The translations under genes were made by a program, and so were the position numbers. DNA of 64,000 nt. Source: Deltaproteobacteria bacterium (GTDB lineage Bacteria > Myxococcota_A > Polyangia > Polyangiales > Houyiibacteriaceae). How positions within the stretch are numbered: position 1 is the first letter of the stretch; every line of letters begins with the position of its first letter. This document shows positions 40,111 to 49,815 of this stretch, piece by piece. A model generated the notes under the pieces. The model did no database searches and was not told where the DNA came from. It saw only the letters and a list, made by a program, of their open reading frames with translations. The stretch lies in assembly GCA_034670305.1 (NCBI GenBank), contig JAXMNT010000008.1, positions 27,798-91,797 on the forward strand. Direction: 5' to 3'.

Positions 40111-41436
40111 CTACTCCGAGGTATCGCCTGCCGCCGCAAGCTGCTCTGCGAAGGCGCGCAGGCCACCGGCGGGCTGGGCATCGAGGTAGGCCCGGGCTTC
40201 GCGTGCGGCCTGTTCGGTTCGCCCCAGCTGATGCAACGAACGCAAGCGCAGTGCGGCGAGTCGTTCGGACAGGTGGGTTGTTCGCGGGGCTTGATCCAAC
40301 GCCGCGAAGGCACCGGCGGGATCATCCAGCTCGTAGAACCGGATCCGGCCCGCGTTGTACGCCGCGCGCGCATCGGTCGACGCGAGCCGCGCGTATGCAT
40401 CGGCAGCCTCCGAGAACCGTCCGAGTCCTCGGAGCGCGTCGGCTTCGAGAAGCGGCCAACGGCGGCGGCGGGCTTCGGCGAGGACCGGTTCGAGACGGCC
40501 GTCGCGAAGCCAGGACTCGACGGTGCGGCGGGAGGGGCGGGGTGCGGAAGCGGAAGCGGATGCGGACGCGGACGCGGATGCCGATGCCGAATCCGAATCC
40601 GAATCCGAATCCGATGCCGATGCCGATGCCGATGCCGAATCCGATGCCGAACCCGATGCCGAATCCGATGCCGAATCCGATGCCGAATCCGATGCCGATG
40701 CCGATGCCGAATCCGATGCCGAATCCGATGCCGATGCCGATGCCGATGCCGATGCCGAATCCGATGCCGAATCCGAATCCGATGCCGGCGCTTGTTCCGA
40801 AACCGCCGAGACCGCGACGCTTGCCGCACTTGCGGTTCGGGTTTGGGCGGCGGCTTCGCCGGCGGAGTCGAGGGGGGAGGAGGCGCGGGGGAGGGGCGTG
40901 GCGGCGGTGGGGATCCACATCTGGCCGGCGCGGACGTGGGCGGTTTGGCCGCGGCGGTCGACGTCGACGCTGCCTTCGTAGACGCGGACGGTGGTGCGGC
41001 CGTCTTCATGGGCGACCGAGAAGACGGTGCCGCGCACATGGACCACGGCGTCGCGGGTGCGCACCGCGAAACGTTCGCCGTCCGAGAGCGGCTTCACGTC
41101 GAACAGCACGGTGCCGCGATCGACCGCGACTTCGCGCGACGTCTGGCTTGCGTCGACGACATCGAAGTGCGCGCCGGCGGTGGCGACGATCGAGTCGCCG
41201 GTGGGCAGCTGCACGCGCAGCGGTTCTTCGTCGGAACGCAGCTGGGTGCCTGCGAGCAGCCCCGCCGCCAGGAGGACACACGCGGCGACCGCCCAGCGCA
41301 TGCGGGTGCGCACCGTCTCCCGCCGACGCGCGGCGCGCATCGCCGCGGCGATCATGGCATCCGCCCGGTCGTCTGAGAGTGGCGGCGGGGCGCTGCGCTG
41401 GGCGAGCTCGGTGAGTGCGTCGACCACGTCAGTCAC
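40111..41436 (-). CDS. FecR-family anti-sigma factor with a Ser/Asp/Ala repeat linker and TPR-like C-terminus
   Basis: GTG at 41434-41436 overlaps the sigma gene stop by 8 nt. One TM helix ([16 protein letters not shown]). FecR-like [11 protein letters not shown]...VRVYEGSV. Confidence 0.8.
   Translation of the reverse strand: MTDVVDALTELAQRSAPPPLSDDRADAMIAAAMRAARRRETVRTRMRWAVAACVLLAAGLLAGTQLRSDEEPLRVQLPTGDSIVATAGAHFDVVDASQTSREVAVDRGTVLFDVKPLSDGERFAVRTRDAVVHVRGTVFSVAHEDGRTTVRVYEGSVDVDRRGQTAHVRAGQMWIPTAATPLPRASSPLDSAGEAAAQTRTASAASVAVSAVSEQAPASDSDSASDSASASASASASDSASDSASASASDSASDSASDSASGSASDSASASASASDSDSDSDSASASASASASASASAPRPSRRTVESWLRDGRLEPVLAEARRRRWPLLEADALRGLGRFSEAADAYARLASTDARAAYNAGRIRFYELDDPAGAFAALDQAPRTTHLSERLAALRLRSLHQLGRTEQAAREARAYLDAQPAGGLRAFAEQLAAAGDTSE
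40544..40787. repeat. Hexamer array (GCGGAW then GCCGAW/TCCGAA) embedded in the anti-sigma CDS
   Basis: Translated on the minus strand as [79 protein letters not shown]. Confidence 0.95.
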
Positions 41437-42139
41437 TCCTGCCGCTCCCCGCCCGCTCGGCGAACGCGGCGATGTACGGATCCGAATCGAGCCGGCGGGC
41501 GACCTCGGCGCGGGCATGACTCAGTCGGGAGCGCATCGCGAGGCTGGAGATGCCTTCGAGTTTGGCGGCTTCGCCCGGCTTGAGCCCTTCGACACAGCAC
41601 AAGACGAAGGCGACGCGGCGCTTCTCAGGCAACCGTTCCAGACACCGGTAGAGCCGGCGAAGGGCTTCCCGGTCCATCGCGCGCGATTCTGGGTCGATCT
41701 CGTCCGCCGGGGGCGGCACCAGGGCGAGTACCTCTTCGCGGCTGCGTTTGCGGAAGTACTTGTACGCGATGCGCACGGTGATGCGGTGCGCGAAGGTCGT
41801 CACCTTGGAGTCGCCTCGAAACGTCGGCAGCGCCCCCGCGAGCGCGACCAGCGCATCCTGCGTGGCGTCGTCGAGATCGGCGCGAGGTCCGAGCAGGCGG
41901 TGCAGCCACCGGCGCACCTTCGGCATCAGAAGCCGCAACACGTGCTCGAGGGTTCGCGGGTCTCCGCTGCGAAGCGCCTCGAGGTCGACGCCCACGAGCC
42001 CACCGGAGGCAGGCTCGGAAGCTTGCGCACGCACCAGGGGCGCTTCGGTGCGTTTGGGATCGAGGAAAGAGAAGACCACCGACAGCGCAGTGCCGAACGC
42101 ACCGTCGAACGTTGCAAACGATGTGAGCGCAGTGCTCAA
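41429..42139 (-). CDS. ECF-type RNA polymerase sigma-70 factor
   Basis: Region 2: DDATQDALVALAGALPTFRGDSKVTTFAHRITVRIAY. Region 4: LPEKRRVAFVLCCVEGLKPGEAAKLEGISSLAMRSRLSHAR. The TTG start at 42139 overlaps the upstream stop; a later start is possible. Confidence 0.85.
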   Translation of the reverse strand: MSTALTSFATFDGAFGTALSVVFSFLDPKRTEAPLVRAQASEPASGGLVGVDLEALRSGDPRTLEHVLRLLMPKVRRWLHRLLGPRADLDDATQDALVALAGALPTFRGDSKVTTFAHRITVRIAYKYFRKRSREEVLALVPPPADEIDPESRAMDREALRRLYRCLERLPEKRRVAFVLCCVEGLKPGEAAKLEGISSLAMRSRLSHARAEVARRLDSDPYIAAFAERAGSGRSD

Positions 42140-43920
42140 AAGATCTGTACTCCCAAGGAAACACTCGGAAAACCGCGCACGGTCCAGTCGCCGAACTCGT
42201 CGTCGTGGAGGACGGTTTCACCGAATGTGCCGTAGCTGCTCGGATCGCGGTACGCGCTGACGACATTGTAGGAGAGCCCCGCCACCAGCGCGACGCGGTC
42301 GAACACCTGGAAGCCGACCAGCACCCTGCCCTGCGCGAGCGTCTCGGTGCCGGCATTGCCCACATCCCCGTCGCTCATCCAGTGGCCGAGCACGTCGAGG
42401 TCGACGAAGAGGCGTTCGGACGGCGTGATGCGGGCACCCATGCCGAGTCCAAACCCGTAGACCGCGTCGTTGTCTCCTTCGGAGAACGGCCGCGCGAGCA
42501 CGGAGTAGAGGTAGTGCCAATGGGCGCCTCCGTGTTTGGCGGCCACCTGGACGAAGCCTTCGGAGTTCGCGGTCACCTCCAGATGGGTCCGGCCGTTGCG
42601 CACGATGTTGAGCAGCCCGAGCGCGAAGTCTGCGTCGTCGCTGATGTTGACCAACCCGAGCTGCACTCCGTCGAACGAGCCGCGCTGGATGTTGAGGGAC
42701 CCAATCTGCACGCCGTGGCCGCCACGGGCGAAGTTGACCCCGCTCGATGCCTGCAGCCCGCGCACGTGCCCGGTCGCGATGTTGGCGCCGGTCGAGAGCT
42801 GCACGCCCGACACGTCCCCGTGCACGAAGTTGAATCCGGTGGTGGCCTGGGTGCCGGAGAAGTTGCCCTTCACCCAGTTGAACCCGGTCGCCAGTTGCAG
42901 TCCGCGGCTGTCCGCGCCGGCGATGTTGCCGAGGCCCGCCATCATCAGACCGCCCATGCGCCCGCGGGTCGTGTTCATTCCGAGCGAGAACGCCACCGCC
43001 GTCATCTCTCCAGCGTGCGCCCACACGCCGAGGGAAAGGGCCCGACTCTCCCGCCCGCGGTGGAACGAGGAGCTGCCGACGTAGGGGAAGAGGTCGGCGC
43101 CGAAGAACACCCGGCGCATCTCTGCGTCGACCGGGTTGTCTGCGTCCGGGACATCGGGCGCACGCGGCGTCTCCGGCGGTGCATCCGTCGCAGGCTCGGG
43201 CACGACCGGGATCTCGACCACCGAGTCCGGAAGCGGATCGGAGAGCGGCACCTCGATGTAGGCGTCCTCCGCGAGCGTCGCCGAAGCGTTGCGTCCGTCG
43301 GGGACCTGCACCGAGGCGGAGCCGGTGTCGATCTCCACGCCCTCGCCTTCCACCTCCACGCGAACCCGGACCCGGATCCGGGCCGGCGGACGCCGGATCT
43401 CGTCGAGCAGACTCGACGCCACGACCGCGAACGTGCGCGGGTCGACGCTGGCCAGGGTTCCACTGAAGGGCGCGTGCCGGACCGCTTCCCCGTTCACCTC
43501 GACCGCCCGCACCGTGGATGCATCCGCGGGACCTTCCTCCACCCAGAGCACCACGCCGGCGCCGACGAGCCGGGCCAGCGATTGCGCGTTCGACGCCCGG
43601 GTGAGGCCCGAGCCGGGGCCGACATCGGGTCCGACGAGTACCGTCATGCCGCGCCCAGCGAGCTCCATCTGCAGCGCCTCCGCGAGCTCCGGGCCGGCTG
43701 GCTCGCTGGTCGCGAGCAACACGCCACCTGGTCGACTGGCCGCGCCTTGGTGCGCCTCGGGCGCAAACACCACGTCCCCCTGGCCCGCCTCGGAGGGCAC
43801 CGACTGCGCACCGACCGCTGAGGCCCAGGCCAGGCAGCCGAGCATGGTGGTCAGACGCAACACGCCCCAGAAGGTTCCATGCACGGACCGGGCACGCATC
43901 TCGAAGTTCGCGTTCTGCAT
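42136..43920 (-). CDS. Secreted / outer-membrane protein with G-x-Q-L type surface repeats and a beta-barrel-like C-terminus ending in Phe
   Basis: Signal peptide LRLTTMLGCLAWASAVGAQS. Repeats: RGLQLATGFNWVKGNFSGTQATTGFNFVHGDVSGVQLSTGANIATGHVRGLQASSGVNF...GVQLGLVNIS. C-terminal ...SVSLGVQIF. Confidence 0.75.
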   Translation of the reverse strand: MQNANFEMRARSVHGTFWGVLRLTTMLGCLAWASAVGAQSVPSEAGQGDVVFAPEAHQGAASRPGGVLLATSEPAGPELAEALQMELAGRGMTVLVGPDVGPGSGLTRASNAQSLARLVGAGVVLWVEEGPADASTVRAVEVNGEAVRHAPFSGTLASVDPRTFAVVASSLLDEIRRPPARIRVRVRVEVEGEGVEIDTGSASVQVPDGRNASATLAEDAYIEVPLSDPLPDSVVEIPVVPEPATDAPPETPRAPDVPDADNPVDAEMRRVFFGADLFPYVGSSSFHRGRESRALSLGVWAHAGEMTAVAFSLGMNTTRGRMGGLMMAGLGNIAGADSRGLQLATGFNWVKGNFSGTQATTGFNFVHGDVSGVQLSTGANIATGHVRGLQASSGVNFARGGHGVQIGSLNIQRGSFDGVQLGLVNISDDADFALGLLNIVRNGRTHLEVTANSEGFVQVAAKHGGAHWHYLYSVLARPFSEGDNDAVYGFGLGMGARITPSERLFVDLDVLGHWMSDGDVGNAGTETLAQGRVLVGFQVFDRVALVAGLSYNVVSAYRDPSSYGTFGETVLHDDEFGDWTVRGFPSVSLGVQIF

Positions 43921-44027
43921 GGTCGGTCAGTGCCGGTCCGCGGCGGAACGTTGCAAAGAAGTGACTACAGACTGCGGTCCTCGTGACCAAACTTTGACGT
44001 GACACTGCGCGGTGCGCCGACCACCCT

Positions 44028-44702
44028 TTGCGCGTGACCGGTTCCGAGAACGAGTCTTCGAGCGCGGCCGAGCCCACCGCCGAACGACCGAGCATGCGGG
44101 GCACCCTGCACGCGTGGGCCGTGGTGCCCTTCGCCATCGCCGGCGCGGTGCTCGTGGCTTGGAGCGAACCGGCCGACATGTGGCCGACGCTCGGATACGC
44201 GGTGAGCGTCGCGGCGTGCTTGGGTACGAGCGCGCTCTACCACCGAGTCGATTGGGGTCCGCAGTGGTACGCGCGCATGCGCCGACTCGACCACGCGATG
44301 ATCTTCGTACTCATCGTCGGGACGTGGACCCCGCTCTGTCTGGTCGCCTGCCGGGGCAGGGATGTGTCGACGCTCTTCGTGACCTTGTGCGTCATGGCCG
44401 GGATCGGCGTCGCGATGACTTTGTTTTGGACCACCGCCCCCAAGTGGATCCGCGCCGTCGTGTACCTGGCGGTTGGGTGGATGGGGCTGTTCGTCGTGCC
44501 CGATCTCTACGCCAGCCTGGGGGCGCAAGGGGTTGGGCTGCTCGCGGCGGGCGGCGTGCTCTACTCGGTGGGCGCGCTCGCGTATGCAATGCAGTGGCCG
44601 AACCCGTCGCCCAAGGTCTTCGGCTACCACGAGATCTTCCATGCGTTCGTGATCCTGGCCGCCGGCGTGCACTTCGCCCTCGTGGCGACCGCAGTCATCT
44701 GA
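44028..44702 (+). CDS. Hemolysin III / PAQR family channel protein
   Basis: ALYHRVDW, LDHAMIFVLIVGTWTP, YHEIFHAFVILAAGVHF. Seven TM segments. Confidence 0.9.
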   Translation: MRVTGSENESSSAAEPTAERPSMRGTLHAWAVVPFAIAGAVLVAWSEPADMWPTLGYAVSVAACLGTSALYHRVDWGPQWYARMRRLDHAMIFVLIVGTWTPLCLVACRGRDVSTLFVTLCVMAGIGVAMTLFWTTAPKWIRAVVYLAVGWMGLFVVPDLYASLGAQGVGLLAAGGVLYSVGALAYAMQWPNPSPKVFGYHEIFHAFVILAAGVHFALVATAVI

Positions 44703-44725
44703 CCGCAGGGATCTGAGCCGGGGCG

Positions 44726-44771
44726 GCGGCCAAAACGAACAAAGGCAGCCTCCGTTTGCGGTGGCTGCCTT
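44726..44771 (-). terminator. Rho-independent terminator of fabH
   Basis: Stem AAGGCAGCC (44742-50) / GGCTGCCTT (44763-71). On the minus strand it is followed by TTGTTCGTTTTGG. Confidence 0.7.
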
Positions 44772-44792
44772 GTTCGCTGTGGGGACGTGCGT

Positions 44793-45851
44793 TCAGACTT
44801 CGAAGATCGCGCAGCCCCAGGTGAAGCCGCTGCCGAAGACCGTGGAGAGGATGCGGTCGCCCTTCTTCACTTTGCCTTCGCGCTTCCAGTGGTCGATCGT
44901 GAGCGGCACGGTCGCGGCGGTCGTGTTGCCGTACCACATGATCGAGTTGAGCACTTTCTCAGGCGGGATCTTCGCGTACTGCGTGACCGCCTCGTTGATG
45001 CGCAGGTTGGCCTGGTGCGGCACGAACCAGGTGATCTCGTCCCAGGTCAGCCCGGTCTTCTCGAGCGCTCGTTTCGTGGCACCGACCATGTTGCGCACCG
45101 CGTGGAGGTAGACCCGCTTGCCGTCCATCTGCGGGAACATCTCGAGGTTCTGGTCGCGGTCCATTCCGTCGTACCAAACCATCGGGCTCTTCGCGATGTC
45201 GAAGCACTTCAAGTACAGGTGCATCGCGCCGCTGCCGTCGGCCGCCGCGTGGGTGTAGAGGATGCCGGCCTTGTCGTCGTCGGTCTCTTGTTTGCCGACG
45301 ATCATCGCGCCCGCTCCGTCACCGAACAGCACCATGACGTCGCGCCCGCGGGTGCTGAAGTCGAGCGAGTGACTGTGGAGTTCCGACCCGACGAGCAGGA
45401 TCTTCTCGTACTTGCCGGCCTTGATGAACGCGTCCGCCATCTCGAGGCCGTAGACGAAGCCGCTGCACTGCTGACGAATGTCGTAGCAAGGGCACCCGTC
45501 TTCGCCGTCGATGCCGAGCTTCGCCTGGAGGAACACCGCGGTGCCCGGGAAGTGGATGTCTGGAGAGAGCGTGCCCAGGATGATGCAGTCGATCTCGCTC
45601 GCATCCATCTCAGCGTCTTCGAGCGCCTTCTGGGCGGCGCGCAAAGCCAGGTCGCTGCAGTTCCACTTGCCGTCGTTGGGCACGTAGTGGCGCTGTTCGA
45701 TCCCGGTCCGGGTACGAATCCATTCGTCGTTCGTCTCGGTCTGGATCTCTTCGCAGACTTCGTGCTGCTGGTTGAGAAAAGGGATCTCCTCGTTCTTGAC
45801 GATGCGGTCGGGAACGTAGGAGCCGATGCCTAGAATTTTCGAGCGAATCAC
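44793..45851 (-). CDS. fabH: 3-oxoacyl-ACP synthase III (KAS III)
   Basis: Active-site Cys in RQQCSGFVYGL, His in VPHQANLRI, Asn in YGNTTAATVP. Confidence 0.9.
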   Translation of the reverse strand: MIRSKILGIGSYVPDRIVKNEEIPFLNQQHEVCEEIQTETNDEWIRTRTGIEQRHYVPNDGKWNCSDLALRAAQKALEDAEMDASEIDCIILGTLSPDIHFPGTAVFLQAKLGIDGEDGCPCYDIRQQCSGFVYGLEMADAFIKAGKYEKILLVGSELHSHSLDFSTRGRDVMVLFGDGAGAMIVGKQETDDDKAGILYTHAAADGSGAMHLYLKCFDIAKSPMVWYDGMDRDQNLEMFPQMDGKRVYLHAVRNMVGATKRALEKTGLTWDEITWFVPHQANLRINEAVTQYAKIPPEKVLNSIMWYGNTTAATVPLTIDHWKREGKVKKGDRILSTVFGSGFTWGCAIFEV

Positions 45852-45986
45852 CCTGTCTCGTTACCCTGCCTGGCCGCCAAGGTCCACGGCTTTTCGGGCC
45901 GCCCCCGACTTGGGCTGGGGCGGACTCCTGGCCCGGCCGGCAAAACCCTCGAATCGGGAAGCCCGACGAGACTGCCCACCGCGCGC

Positions 45987-47417
45987 TCAGCCGGCGTCGA
46001 CCAACAGGTTCGCGGGGAACACGACGCTGAACACGGATCCGGCCCCGACCTCCGATGTGGCGCACAGCTCGACGCCCAGATGCTCGCAGAAGGCCTGGGA
46101 GAGCGAGAGGCCGAGGCCGGTGCCGCCGAACTGGCGGCTCGTCGACGGATCGGCTTGGGTGAACGCTTCGAAGATGGACGCGAGCCGATGTTCCGGGATG
46201 CCGATGCCGGTGTCTTCGACATCGATTCGGGCGCCGGCATCGTCGTGGCGAACCACGACTTGAACCCTGCCCTCGGAGGTGAACTTGAGCGCGTTGCCGA
46301 TCAGATTGAGCAACACCTGCCGCAACCGCGCCCCGTCCGTCCGCGCGGTGACCGGTTGTTCGGTGACGGCGCGAAACTCCAAGCCCCCCGAAGCACCGCG
46401 CAGGGATCCGACCACGTCCGCCACCAACGCTTCGAGGTCGACCGGCTCGAGCACGAGCTCCATGTGGCCCGCCTCGATCTTGGAAAGATCGAGGATGTCG
46501 TTGATCACGTGGAGCAAGTGCAGGCCGTTGTCTCGAATCCGACCGAGGTAGTTCGCTTCCTTCGAGTCGGGCGGCACTGCGCGCATCAGGATCCGCGAGA
46601 ACCCGATGACCGAGTTCAGCGGCGTGCGCAGCTCGTGGCTCATGGTGGCGAGGAACGTGCTCTTCGCTCGGCTCGCGCTCTCGGCTTCTTCCTTCGCGGC
46701 ACGCAGCGCCGCCTCGGTCGCCCTCTCCTCGGTGACGTCCCGCGCCAACGCCATGAACACCTGGCGCTCATGATCGATCGTCGCGGTCCAGCGAAGCCAA
46801 CGCCACGAACCGTCTTTGCTGCGCCATCGGTTCTCGAACCCGATCGTCACGTGGGCACCAGTGGTCAGTTTCGACGTCTCGAGATCGGTGGCTTCCAGAT
46901 CATCCGGATGCACGAACTCGATGAAGGGCCTCGCGCGCAGCTCCTCGCGAGACCATCCCAGCACCTCCGTCCAGGCGGGGTTCAGCTGCTTGAAGTACCC
47001 ATCGAAGCTCGCGGTGCAGAGCAACTCCAGCGACAGATCGAAGAAGCGCTGCAAGTGCAGGGCCTCGTGCACCTTCGTCTCGTCGATCTCCTGGGACGCG
47101 TCGATCTCCATCGACGGGGTGTCCGCCTTGGTCGACTCGATCACCCGTTCGAGTTCGTCGAGCAGGTCCTTGGCGGCTGATGGGAGTTGGTCGGAGGGGG
47201 CCAACTCGAGGGCACCACCGAGTTCGGTCAGCTCCGGAAAGCCAAAGCTCGTCCCGGTGCCCTTCAGTTGGTGCCCGATCGATCGGAGCTCCGCTTCTCC
47301 ACTCGAGTCCCCGCCAAGCAACGTGTCCACCGCGGCCTGGATCTCGACCACCCGTTCAGGAAGCCGTTCGACGTACATGCCCCGCAGCCGCGCTCGAACC
47401 TGTTCGAGTTTGCCCAC
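45987..47417 (-). CDS. Hybrid sensor histidine kinase with N-terminal HPt domain, PAS domain, HisKA and HATPase
   Basis: HPt HQLKGTGTSFGFPEL. PAS FRLLCTASFDGYFKQLNPAW-like. H-box MSHELRTPLNSVIG. N/G boxes NLIGNALKFT, DTGIGI, GTGLGLS. Confidence 0.9.
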   Translation of the reverse strand: MGKLEQVRARLRGMYVERLPERVVEIQAAVDTLLGGDSSGEAELRSIGHQLKGTGTSFGFPELTELGGALELAPSDQLPSAAKDLLDELERVIESTKADTPSMEIDASQEIDETKVHEALHLQRFFDLSLELLCTASFDGYFKQLNPAWTEVLGWSREELRARPFIEFVHPDDLEATDLETSKLTTGAHVTIGFENRWRSKDGSWRWLRWTATIDHERQVFMALARDVTEERATEAALRAAKEEAESASRAKSTFLATMSHELRTPLNSVIGFSRILMRAVPPDSKEANYLGRIRDNGLHLLHVINDILDLSKIEAGHMELVLEPVDLEALVADVVGSLRGASGGLEFRAVTEQPVTARTDGARLRQVLLNLIGNALKFTSEGRVQVVVRHDDAGARIDVEDTGIGIPEHRLASIFEAFTQADPSTSRQFGGTGLGLSLSQAFCEHLGVELCATSEVGAGSVFSVVFPANLLVDAG

Positions 47418-47420
47418 GTT

Positions 47421-47798
47421 TCAGTCGCGCGCCAGAAGCGTCTTGAGCGTCTCGAACAAGACGTCCTCGTCGACGATGGGCTTCGAGATGTATCCGTCGA
47501 ACCCCTCTGCCAGATACCGCTCTCGATCGCCCATCATCGCATGGGCCGTCAGGGCGCACACCGGCAGGGTCTGGAGCGCTGGGTCCGCGCGAATGGCGCG
47601 CAAGACTGCGCTGCCGTCCATGCCGGGCAACGAGATGTCGAGCAGTACCAATCGGGCTCCGGAGTCGGCCAGCCCCGCGAGCGCGCTCGTACCGTCCTCG
47701 AACTCGACGACGTCGTAGTCGTCCTCCAGCAGCGCCACCACGAGCAGCCGGTTGTCGGCATTGTCTTCGACGATCGCGATCGCAGTGCGTTCCGGCAT
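47421..47798 (-). CDS. Single-domain response regulator (CheY-like receiver)
   Basis: IAIVEDNADNR...LVLLDISLPGMDG...ALTAHAM...YISKP. Confidence 0.9.
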   Translation of the reverse strand: MPERTAIAIVEDNADNRLLVVALLEDDYDVVEFEDGTSALAGLADSGARLVLLDISLPGMDGSAVLRAIRADPALQTLPVCALTAHAMMGDRERYLAEGFDGYISKPIVDEDVLFETLKTLLARD

Positions 47799-47865
47799 GC
47801 GGGCACCCTACCATCCGGGCGGAGCGCGCGGGCATCCCCAGAAGCCGGGCCACGCCGTTCGAACG

Positions 47866-49188
47866 TCAGCCGGGCGGGTCTGGCTCGAACCATCTGCGCC
47901 ATCCACGCAGGTAGATCCCCAGCGACGCAGTGCGCGCCACGTAGTGCACGTGGAGCGCCAGCCACAGCCCATGGTTCGCCAGCGGCTGCAGAAGCCACCA
48001 CGCCGCGAGGAAGATCGCGAGCGAGCCCAACATCGCGGTCCGCATCTCGCGGGTCCGGGTGGCGCCGATGAAGATCCCATCCAGCTGAAAACACCAAACG
48101 CCCATGAGCGGGGCCATGGCCGCCCACGGCAAGAACCGCCGCGCAACCACCCGCGTCGGCTCACTCAGCGTGAGCACATCCACGAGGTGTCCACCGAACA
48201 GGAAGAGCGCCAAGCTGAGCAGCGCAGCGACCCCGACCGCGACAAGGGTGGTGCGCCAGCAGGCCAACCGAAACGCATCCGGTCGCTTGGCCCCGAGCGC
48301 CCGCCCGACCAAGGACTCCGCGGCGAACGCCAACCCATCGAGGAAGTACGCGCTCGTGTTGATGAACTGCATCAGGACCGCGTTGGCCGCGAGCACGAGG
48401 TCGCCCCGTTCGGCGCCTTTTGCCATGAAGAAGACGAACACCCCCACGAGCGAGAGCGAACGAATGGTGATGTCGCGGTTCACCGCGAAGGTTCGCCGAA
48501 GCATCGCTGCGTCCAGCAGGTGGGCGCGCACCCATCCACCGCCATCCGCACGAAGCAGGCGCCACGCGACGACGAGCCCGACGCCCGCCGCGATGTACTC
48601 CGCCATGCTCGTGCCGATGCCGACGCCGCGGACACCCCAGTCGAACTCCAAGACGAAGAGCGCATCGAGCGCCATGTTGCTGAGGTTGAGAACCAGCTGG
48701 AGCACGAGCCCCAGGTCCGTGCGCCCGCGACCGATGAACCACCCGAGCAACGCGTAGTTGACGAGCGTGGCGGGCGCGGACCAGATGCGGGCGTCGAAGT
48801 AGGCGCCGGCGAGTCGCTCCACGTCTTCGGTTGCGTGGAGCAAGTGGAGCGCCAGTGCCCGGATTGGCCACTGAAGCGCAAAGAGGAGCAGGCCGCCGGC
48901 GACCGCGACCAAGAGCGCCCGCCCGAGCGTCGCGCGGACCTCAGGGGCGTTCTCCGCCCCGACCGCTTGGGCGGTCATGCCGGTGGTCCCCATGCGCAAG
49001 AACGAGAAGCCCCAGAATACGAAGCTGAAGATCAGCGCCCCGACCGCGACCGCGCCGATGTGCATCGGATCGGGGAGCCGACCGACGACCGCGGTGTCCA
49101 CGAGGCCGAGCAAGGGCGTCGAGAGGTTCGACACCATGATCGGCAACGCCAAGCGCAGCACGTCACCGATCGTGGGCGACTTGGACAT
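47866..49188 (-). CDS. MATE family efflux transporter (DinF-like)
   Basis: ATG verified at 49186-49188. LALPIMVSNLSTPLLGLVDTAVVG. 12 TM segments. Confidence 0.9.
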   Translation of the reverse strand: MSKSPTIGDVLRLALPIMVSNLSTPLLGLVDTAVVGRLPDPMHIGAVAVGALIFSFVFWGFSFLRMGTTGMTAQAVGAENAPEVRATLGRALLVAVAGGLLLFALQWPIRALALHLLHATEDVERLAGAYFDARIWSAPATLVNYALLGWFIGRGRTDLGLVLQLVLNLSNMALDALFVLEFDWGVRGVGIGTSMAEYIAAGVGLVVAWRLLRADGGGWVRAHLLDAAMLRRTFAVNRDITIRSLSLVGVFVFFMAKGAERGDLVLAANAVLMQFINTSAYFLDGLAFAAESLVGRALGAKRPDAFRLACWRTTLVAVGVAALLSLALFLFGGHLVDVLTLSEPTRVVARRFLPWAAMAPLMGVWCFQLDGIFIGATRTREMRTAMLGSLAIFLAAWWLLQPLANHGLWLALHVHYVARTASLGIYLRGWRRWFEPDPPG

Positions 49189-49333
49189 GTCCACGTCGTG
49201 CCCGTTCGAGTGCACCCAGGCAAACCGCGGAGACATAGGCCCGCGCTCCGGATCGCGCTGGGCGCCGTCCTATGGAAGCGGGCCTCGCAGGCGACGGTTG
49301 ACGTGCGGTTGGGATCGGGGCGACAACCGAAGC

Positions 49334-49735
49334 ATGTCCATTCTCGATCACCTCACGTTGAACGTCAGCGACTACGGCCGATCCAAGGGCTTTTACGAGG
49401 CTGCCTTGGCAACGTTGGGCGTCAAGGTGCTCACCGAGTACCAGGGCTTCTGCGGCTTCGGCATCACCAAGCCCGACTTCTGGTTGGCGGGTGGACCGTC
49501 GAGCTACCAGACCGCCGAGCAGCTGAGTCCGATCACGCCCGTACACCTGGCGTTCGCGGCGGAGTCCCGCGAGGCGGTCGACGCATTCTACGCAGCGGCG
49601 ATCGAAGCGGGCGGCGTGGACCGCGGCGAACCAGGCGCGCGCGGCGAGTACCACGAGCACTACTATGGGGCGTACGTGCTCGACTTCGACGGACACAACA
49701 TCGAAGCGGTCTGCCACCTCGCCCCTGCGGAATAA
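49334..49735 (+). CDS. VOC (glyoxalase/bleomycin-resistance) family protein
   Basis: ATG verified at 49334. MSILDHLTLNVSDYGRSKGFYEAAL...YGAYVLDFDGHNIEAV. Confidence 0.85.
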   Translation: MSILDHLTLNVSDYGRSKGFYEAALATLGVKVLTEYQGFCGFGITKPDFWLAGGPSSYQTAEQLSPITPVHLAFAAESREAVDAFYAAAIEAGGVDRGEPGARGEYHEHYYGAYVLDFDGHNIEAVCHLAPAE

Positions 49736-49815
49736 CTGCGCGTCGAGGCGCGCGCCCAGCACGCAGCGTCCGGCCCACTTCGAAACGTTCTGCCCCCTGA
49801 CGCGACCAACCAACC

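Noticed and set aside
36811-41376. 1521-aa plus-strand ORF
   Set aside because: It is antisense to the Ser/Thr kinase and anti-sigma genes, has low-complexity Arg-rich composition, and runs through a hexamer array.
43945-43975. GGAAC motif as an ECF-type -35 box upstream of the ECF operon
   Set aside because: It is on the wrong strand for the operon, and the downstream spacing does not give a CGT-type -10. There is no convincing ECF promoter by eye.
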